This document shows positions 57,457 to 64,000 of a DNA stretch of 64,000 bases, piece by piece (the stretch's first letter is position 1; each line of letters starts with the position of its first letter). The translations under genes were made by a program, and so were the position numbers. Location of the stretch: NCBI GenBank assembly GCA_034226945.1, contig CP120458.1, positions 496,001-560,000 of the forward strand, read 5' to 3'. This stretch comes from Picochlorum sp. SENEW3. Taxonomy: Eukaryota. The notes below the pieces were generated by a model that ran no database searches, was not told the origin of the DNA, and worked only from the letters and a program-made list of their open reading frames with translations.

Positions 57457-58725
57457 ATGCCAACTTTTGCCCCGAATGCGAGTGCGGACGATGTGCCTGC
57501 GCGTGAGTTCGGCGGCACCGATCGCGCGTATTCGGATCATGCCCAAGAAATAGATTTATATATAGTGAATAATGATACATGTCGCCCAAACAAGGCGGCA
57601 CCGCCGAGAAAATTTTTCAAACCTCGGGAAGAGGAGCCTCCCAGGAAGTACCCAAGACTGGAAAATGGCCAAATTTTGGCCAAAAATAGCCTTCCTGAAG
57701 GGTTTCCGGAGCTCATCACTGCCCTGTATAGTGACGTCAAGGTGTGGTATGAGAAGAGCAGAAAGATGGAGGGAATGCACGAAGAAGAAAGGTCAAGGTG
57801 TGCCTCCCTGCAGGCTCAAGTAGCACAGCTAGAGGGTGAGTTGTCCAGGAACAGGGCCAAGGCCCAAAAGGTGGTCGAGCTGGCTTCGCCCTTGGTCATC
57901 ACATCGCAACATGCAATCGATGCATGGCAAGAGAAGACCCGGTACCTGCAACAGTGCATCCTTGGGCTTGGATCCTTTGTTGCAGAGGAGGCAGAAGCGG
58001 TTGACCACACCCCTGCAGTTGGAGTGGACGAGCCAGCCATGGACGAAGCATCGGGGGGCTTGCACGACCACATTGAGATATGCAGTTTCTACGGGACGTC
58101 AGTAGCGGGGACAGAGCAAGCTAATGTTGTCAGCACGAAAGGGTTAGAGTTCATGTTGCAGCAACGTGATGGGGACAGGGCCACAGTGGACCAAACCATC
58201 CATCTCTTCAACATCAAGGTGGGCGAACACGCAGTGATGGACAAATATGGACGTCGAATTTCGAATGGATTCTGTGTACTGCAATACGACCTGCAAAGGT
58301 GTCTGAGGAAAGCGTTTGGTGACCCTGCTGTGAAGAATTTTGGGAACCATACACAGAAGACAAACAAGTTTGTGTTGCCAAAGGCAGTACTGGTATCAAA
58401 ACTCACAGATGTGGCCGTCGATGAACTTACATCAAAAAAGATAATCATGAGGAATAAGCCGAACCAGGAATTCTGTTTCATTCCGTATGCAGATGTTGAG
58501 CATGTCCTTACCAAGTTTGCCCAGCACAACTGCAGGCAGCAGCAGACCACAGCAAGGCTCCTCCTCCTGCAGTCGATGCTTGATCAGTTCTATCGACGCT
58601 ATTGCTGTGGTGAGGAGGTTGTTGAAGGCCAGGGCGAGGCCGTGTCAGGGGATGGAGGCCAAGAGTGGTCTGTTGAGAGAACTGATGCTGTGTCCTGCCT
58701 GCCAGAACCTTCACATGGCACCTGA
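57457..58725 (+). CDS. Intact 422-aa ORF convergent with the KDZ transposase (coiled coil plus possible DNA-binding domain); likely element-encoded
   Basis: Uninterrupted ORF, more GC-rich than its left flank, overlapping the transposase 3' end by 15 nt. Confidence 0.65.
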   Translation: MPTFAPNASADDVPAREFGGTDRAYSDHAQEIDLYIVNNDTCRPNKAAPPRKFFKPREEEPPRKYPRLENGQILAKNSLPEGFPELITALYSDVKVWYEKSRKMEGMHEEERSRCASLQAQVAQLEGELSRNRAKAQKVVELASPLVITSQHAIDAWQEKTRYLQQCILGLGSFVAEEAEAVDHTPAVGVDEPAMDEASGGLHDHIEICSFYGTSVAGTEQANVVSTKGLEFMLQQRDGDRATVDQTIHLFNIKVGEHAVMDKYGRRISNGFCVLQYDLQRCLRKAFGDPAVKNFGNHTQKTNKFVLPKAVLVSKLTDVAVDELTSKKIIMRNKPNQEFCFIPYADVEHVLTKFAQHNCRQQQTTARLLLLQSMLDQFYRRYCCGEEVVEGQGEAVSGDGGQEWSVERTDAVSCLPEPSHGT

Positions 58726-59940
58726 GGACGGCCAACCGTTCCTCCTCTGCTTTCGTTTCTGCTCGATATACATTCTTTTAAGCTTGTGGTAATTCCAATG
58801 ACACATGAATGGCTTCAGGAGCGTCATGAACGATTTCTGTGACATTCTGCTCATCATGGCCTTCAGGTTCTTCAAGGATGAGTTGTTCTGCTCTGCAACT
58901 TGCGTGTTTAACGCCTGTAACCACTTCTCCTCGTACCCTTTAATCATATATCCAAGAATGCATGCTTTGTGGTTCCTCCAATGGAACGCATCCACGAAGA
59001 ATTTGGTGTGCATGAAGAACAATGGTGCCCTGCTCAAGCAATAGTCCTGCAAGTTGCATGCATTGTCGTAAATGACGTATTCCGGGGCTTTTCTGAGATA
59101 TTGTGTCATGAATGCAAATGGTTCTTTCCTCCCTTCTGCTTCTTTGATGATGACGGATGCATACACAAAAATGCTCACACAGGATGGTGAACACCCCTCC
59201 TGTCCTGTCTCCAGGCTTGCAGAACGCGTGCTCGCACGCATCTTTCCTCCTGTCAACGCTCTCTTCCTCTTTCATCGAGTCAGCCTGATAGTGGGGCTTG
59301 GATCGGACGCGCTGCAGGCCTGTCAGGCCAGAATGCAGGTATGATCCATCCAGAATTGATGGTCCCTGAGGTGGGACACCACTCCCAAGCTCGCTTTCCA
59401 GCGTGTATCTATCATGGAAAGCATTTGTACTCTCGATTCGGGTCACTAATTCATTCAGAAGATTGCCCCATTCCGCCGGAATGTGTACGCAAGAGTCCCC
59501 AGGCCGCTTGATGGTCAACAGCAGTTTGAACAGGGGTGGGGCCTCCTTGCTCAGCTGCGACAGCACACCACTCGGGACCGTGCGGCTCTCCAAACATTCC
59601 TTGAGTAAAATACAACTTCTCAACGTGATGTAGGATACAGCGGCGGACTCGGAGGCGAGGCAAAACATGAAGTCTGCCAGGCTGGTAAGCCTCTCTGAGG
59701 AGTCCCAGGCTTTGGCTTTAGCAAACGCCCATTGCAGGAAGGAATCCACATTCCAAAGGGCTCCAAGTTGTCTTAAATGTCGTCCTTTATCCCTCCAAAA
59801 TTCTTCCAGACCAACAGCGTCGCGAGCCTTCCTGATCCGCTCCTGGAACTGCAGCAACAGCCTAGCAAGGGAAAGCCTAGCTTTCCTTGTTCTTCTGGCC
59901 TTGTCTACATTGAGGAACGACCTATCCCTTTTGCCCCTTC
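58711..59940 (-). mobile_element. KDZ (Kyakuja-Dileera-Zisupton)-type transposase, frameshifted at ~59170 and 5'-truncated
   Basis: C.H.F...RTGGVFTILCEH, AEGRKEPF, VIYDNACNL..YCL.R.P.FF..T.F.VD.FHW.NH..C, NTQVAEQ.NS.L, split across ORFs 58940..59857 and 58711..59256. Confidence 0.82.
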
Positions 59941-60145
59941 ATCGCTCCACGGATTTTTAGCAAAGTCTCCTGTCGATAGAGGTATGCACGAGCATACATA
60001 TAATGTTGCGCTTCATATGTAAAAGTACCGACAACACGCATAATATTCATTAGTAGTGACAATGCGGGGCACATGGTATAGTTCTAACCCTGCGCACCTC
60101 GTGCCAACAGTGCATGCAGTGCGCGACAAAAGGTGCTTAGGTATG

Positions 60146-60375
60146 TGTTAGCTGTTGATTTGCAATAGCTTGAGCTCAGACTGCTTGGGCAGGAACTCAA
60201 TGATATAGGTTCAGAACACGTGTGTGCGTTCTATCACTTTAGATGTTAGTACAAGTTACAATAGTTACTTGTTTATATATCTTCCTTGACTGTTATTGTC
60301 GTCGCAATGCTTATATACCTTGGCAACCATCATGAGTAAATGGCTGTTCTAATTTAGATGATTTAAGACGTAACA
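60146..60375 (-). repeat. 3' LTR of the Gypsy element (TGTTA...TAACA); left boundary may instead be 60244
   Basis: On the minus strand it begins TGTTA immediately after a purine tract, contains TATATAA and TGTAA, and has TAACA candidate ends at 60244 and 60146. Confidence 0.65.
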
Positions 60376-60390
60376 TTCTCCCCTAACTTC
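60376..60390 (-). other. Polypurine tract (PPT) of the LTR retrotransposon
   Basis: GAAGTTAGGGGAGAA abuts the TG of the LTR on the minus strand. Confidence 0.7.
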
Positions 60391-60958
60391 AAATGCAAAC
60401 GTCCACGCTTTGCTAAAGACAATGAGAAGTGACAATCCACAGGAAAAGAAAACCTTGTTGGAAAAAGAAGACCATATGGATGTCTGGAATGAATTTTTTT
60501 TAATTGCTGTGCATTCTCCCTATGCAACAGAGAATGATGTCCACACTCATTCAAAACAAAAAGATAGAAAATTCAACTGGAGAATACCTGTAAAGGATGG
60601 ATAACAATGGAGAGAGATGAGCCATTGACCGACAAAAGAAGGCGTCCCCTCTGATGTGACAAGGCAACCAATCATCCAAAATCATGAAAGAAAAGAAAAG
60701 TGAACGGGGCCAGCGTTCATATGTTAGTGTCGACACAGAGATATAGTTGCAACAGAGATCAGAAAGAAGACTCAATTCGAGTTTCAGATGCATCTAATAG
60801 TAGTACTCAACAAAGGAGCATGATCTCAGAATAATAGTAAGAAGAATAGCGCTTTTTCAGAGTTCAGAAACTAACTCGATTTAATGACGTCTTAGAGAAC
60901 TGTAGTCTCTTGAAGTTGTTGCATTCTTATGCTTTGATGCATAAAAGATTCCATGAAC

Positions 60959-63900
60959 TCAGGTCACTGGAATTCTAGTCGCTTGTCTTTTCGACGGATC
61001 ACGGGGTACAACTTGTCTTGATTGATGTTGCTCATTTTGTTTTTCCCAACGTGATTTCTTATTTGAATCGTTCGATTTTCTTGACAGAGAACGTTTCTTG
61101 CCACGTACAACTTCTTTATGAGGAACCTCTTTACCTTGATGATCTTGATCTTTATGGCGATCACTCGAGTTCATCTCACCTGTTTTGAGCACAGACTTGG
61201 GTCTGGCATCAATGCTCGCTTTAGCGGCAAATAATTTCTGGACTTGTTCATTGAAAAAGTCCGCACCAGCATGAAGCAAAATCAAATTTTCGGTGCATTG
61301 CATGGTCGTACCATCAGTAAGACGAACCGTATACCAGTCTTGTTGTTTGACTCGGCGATGAGCAACAATGGCTTGCATTTCAAAGCACTTTGGGGTTTTG
61401 TCAGTATTATACCTGCGAAACCATTTAACATGTAACACTGGTCGAGCACGACGCATTGTCTGAATCAACTCCAAGTCTAATTTGGATTTAGGAGTGCCAG
61501 AATCACACAAATCAGTCCAAAAGATGAGAGCGGTGTTTGGCGAAAGCATACGCTGAATAGTAAAAGGACCAATGAAACGTGGAATGAGCTTTGGCAACTT
61601 AATTGCAGATCCCAGATGCAAATATTTCACATTCAAAAGAACACGATCACCTGGCTTAAAGTTGTGCTTTTTGAATTTTCGTTGACCAGACACAATCTTT
61701 GTCATTTGATAATGGTCTAAAGCTTTTCTGGCGTGTATCTGTGCTGTTTGAATGTTCTGTAATCGAGTCTGCACATCTGTATTATGAGGATCAAGAAGTA
61801 ATTGGCGCTCAAATTCCATAGGGAAGACTAATTCACGAACATGATTCAGAAAGAATGGGGAATGCTTCGTTCCTGTATTCACCGACGAATTCAACGCAAA
61901 TTCAATCATAGTGAGCTTATCAGCCCAATTTTGCGCATGACGAGTATCATTGTCGGAAGGATGCATAAGACAGCGCAATTTATTTAGTATGAGCCTATTA
62001 TATCGTTCCACTTGACCATTTCCTGCTGGATGATATGACGTTGTACGGCTCACTTCGATTTGGAAACACACATTCAGGCGAGCAGAAAAGTCATTCACGA
62101 ATTCACTACCTCTATCCGAAATGAAACGATGCGATATCCCAAAACGCTTGAAAACATGATGAAAATACAGGTCAGCAATCTTGGCACCAGTTAACCCTTT
62201 CTTGGAGGTAGCGACAATGACCACGAATTTGGTCAAACTGTCAACAAACACAACAATACAATCCACTATCTCCACATGACCAGAAACCGACAGTTCGACA
62301 GCTGGAAAACCTGAACAAACGTCCATATGCACTGTATGAAAGGGATGTGGAGGAACTGGCAAAGCCTGAGCATTATTAAACGGCTTTTGAGTACTGTCCT
62401 TGGCACACTGGCACACATGACAACGTGAGACAAACAAATGACACTCATGAAGATGATGCTTCCAATAAAAATGACGACTTAATCTGGCTTTTGTTTCCTG
62501 GTGTGCTCCATGGACACACTGCTCATGAAACTGACGAAGAATATTTTGTCTGAGAGCATCAGTCTGTGGGCAATTAGGAATGATGATGACCTCACGACCT
62601 CGATATTCACCTCTCAGCAATCCATTCTCCAATCGACAACTCCTGGGGTCGATTTTACGACACAAACGACTACATGTGCTGTAAGGTGCTCGTTGAGGTT
62701 CAAGCACACAACGCAACAAAACAGATGTCCAGGGATCTTCCGAGTACGACTTCCGAATCGTATCACACATAAACTGAATTGGATCCGCCAGCTCGTTGGG
62801 CTGTTCCGACACGGCTAGCAAATGATGAGGCTCGACATCTGAGGAGGGTAGAGTCTGTGCCTGATGCACCCCATTCGGCAATCTGGATAAAGGATCAGCG
62901 ACCTTGTTCTTGGCACCTGGCAAATGACGAATAATTAATTGCCCATCTCGATACTGAGATAGCACTTGCAGGTAGCGAACTTCTCTTCGGCCCTTGAGAA
63001 GTTCTCGTTGTGTGAGCATACGAGCGGCTGCGGCGTTATCTGTTTCGACAATTACCTGGGGGGATTGTGTGAGGAATTTGGCCCACTGTTTGAGACAATA
63101 CACAATAGCTAAAGTCTCCTTCTCACAAATACCATATCTCGCTTCGGTATCAGTGAACTTGTGGGACAAGTACTCTATGGGCTGCCAGCCTCTACCTGTG
63201 GGATTCTGCATCAAAACAGCACCGAGGGCTAAATCACTGGCATTACATTGAATCAAAAACGGCTGAGTGGGCTCTGGCACAGCGAGAACAGGCGCACTGG
63301 TAATCAGCTTCTTCAATGTTTCAAAGGCTATTTGAGCTTGTGCAGACCACACCAGCGTTTTACCTTTCAGCAGCTCGGAGAGAATGGCGGCAATCTTTGC
63401 ATAGCCCTGACAAAACCGTCGATAAAAGTTTGTGAGACCCAAAACTGAGCGTAATTGAGATAGGTTCTCTGGAGGCTTCAATTGCTGGAAGGCTTGCACC
63501 TTCTGAGGGGTAACTTCTATTCCATTGGCAGAAATAACATGTCCAAGCCATTCCAAACGCTCAAAGAAAAAGAAACACTTGCTCGAATTCAAATAGAACT
63601 GATACTGACGGAGACGTTCGAACAGAATTCGTAAAATTTCAAGATGGCGTGGGACACATTCAGTACCTATGAACATGTCATCCATATAGAAGAACACTTC
63701 ACCGGTGGCAAGCAGATCCCCTAAAATTGAGGCCAAACGCCTAGAGAAATGACCTGGTGCTACTCGAAGTCCAAACGGTAGCACTTTAAACATGAACCGA
63801 CCTATCGGCGTGATGAAAGATGACAGTTCCATAGACTGACGATCTTGCAATCGGAGTTGCCAATACCCACTTGCACAGTCAAGCGAGCTGAGAACCTTGC

Positions 63901-64000
63901 GATGGCGAATCTTGCTGAGGAGATATTGAATAGGTGGCAAATCCGAAGCTTGATCCACGATGAGCTTATTAATCGCACGATAATCAACTACCATGCGCAT
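60959..64000 (-). mobile_element. Ty3/Gypsy LTR retrotransposon pol (RT-RNase H-integrase-chromodomain), continues beyond the window
   Basis: RMVVDYRAIN, LD..SGYWQ, LPFGL, YMDD, FLIQC[N]AS, NKVAD.LSR, HHCC zinc finger, DDE (MD, SDRG, QVER), GPF and a chromo-like FEMQAIVAHRR....Y.V. Confidence 0.96.

Noticed and set aside
1..64000. CRISPR arrays, prokaryotic operons or rRNA genes
   Set aside because: No regularly spaced repeats or rRNA motifs were seen, and the sequence is eukaryotic with spliceosomal introns.

Overview
Nuclear DNA from a compact, intron-poor eukaryote with short GT-AG introns, TGTAA poly(A) signals and plastid-targeted proteins. This is most consistent with a small green alga; Trebouxiophyceae/Picochlorum-like is my inference. 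Bases 1 to ~48,500 are gene-dense housekeeping sequence: RPL5, intron-containing tRNA-Arg(CCG), two MYB factors, a UBX protein, an H1-like K/A/T-repeat protein, TAF9, HDAC, PA200, WDR44-like, DCP5, phospholipase B, RPS7, a fasciclin-ectodomain receptor kinase, PPIL2, AMMECR1, PRP19, RPL7, RPL18, Tic40, GDT1, a coiled-coil tether, centrin and a thioredoxin. From ~48,500 the window becomes a nest of mobile elements: a decayed CACTA/EnSpm-type transposase interrupted by a LINE fragment, a MITE-like element, a frameshifted KDZ (Kyakuja-Dileera-Zisupton) transposase with an intact convergent partner ORF, and a Ty3/Gypsy chromovirus with PPT and 3' LTR. Two possibly foreign-derived genes sit among these elements. 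The best candidates for something undescribed are the two-gene KDZ element, a secreted protein with phage-like GSGY repeats, and an Rdx-like gene with an in-frame UGA and a SECIS-like 3' UTR hairpin. All family calls come from motif recognition by eye; no database searches were run.
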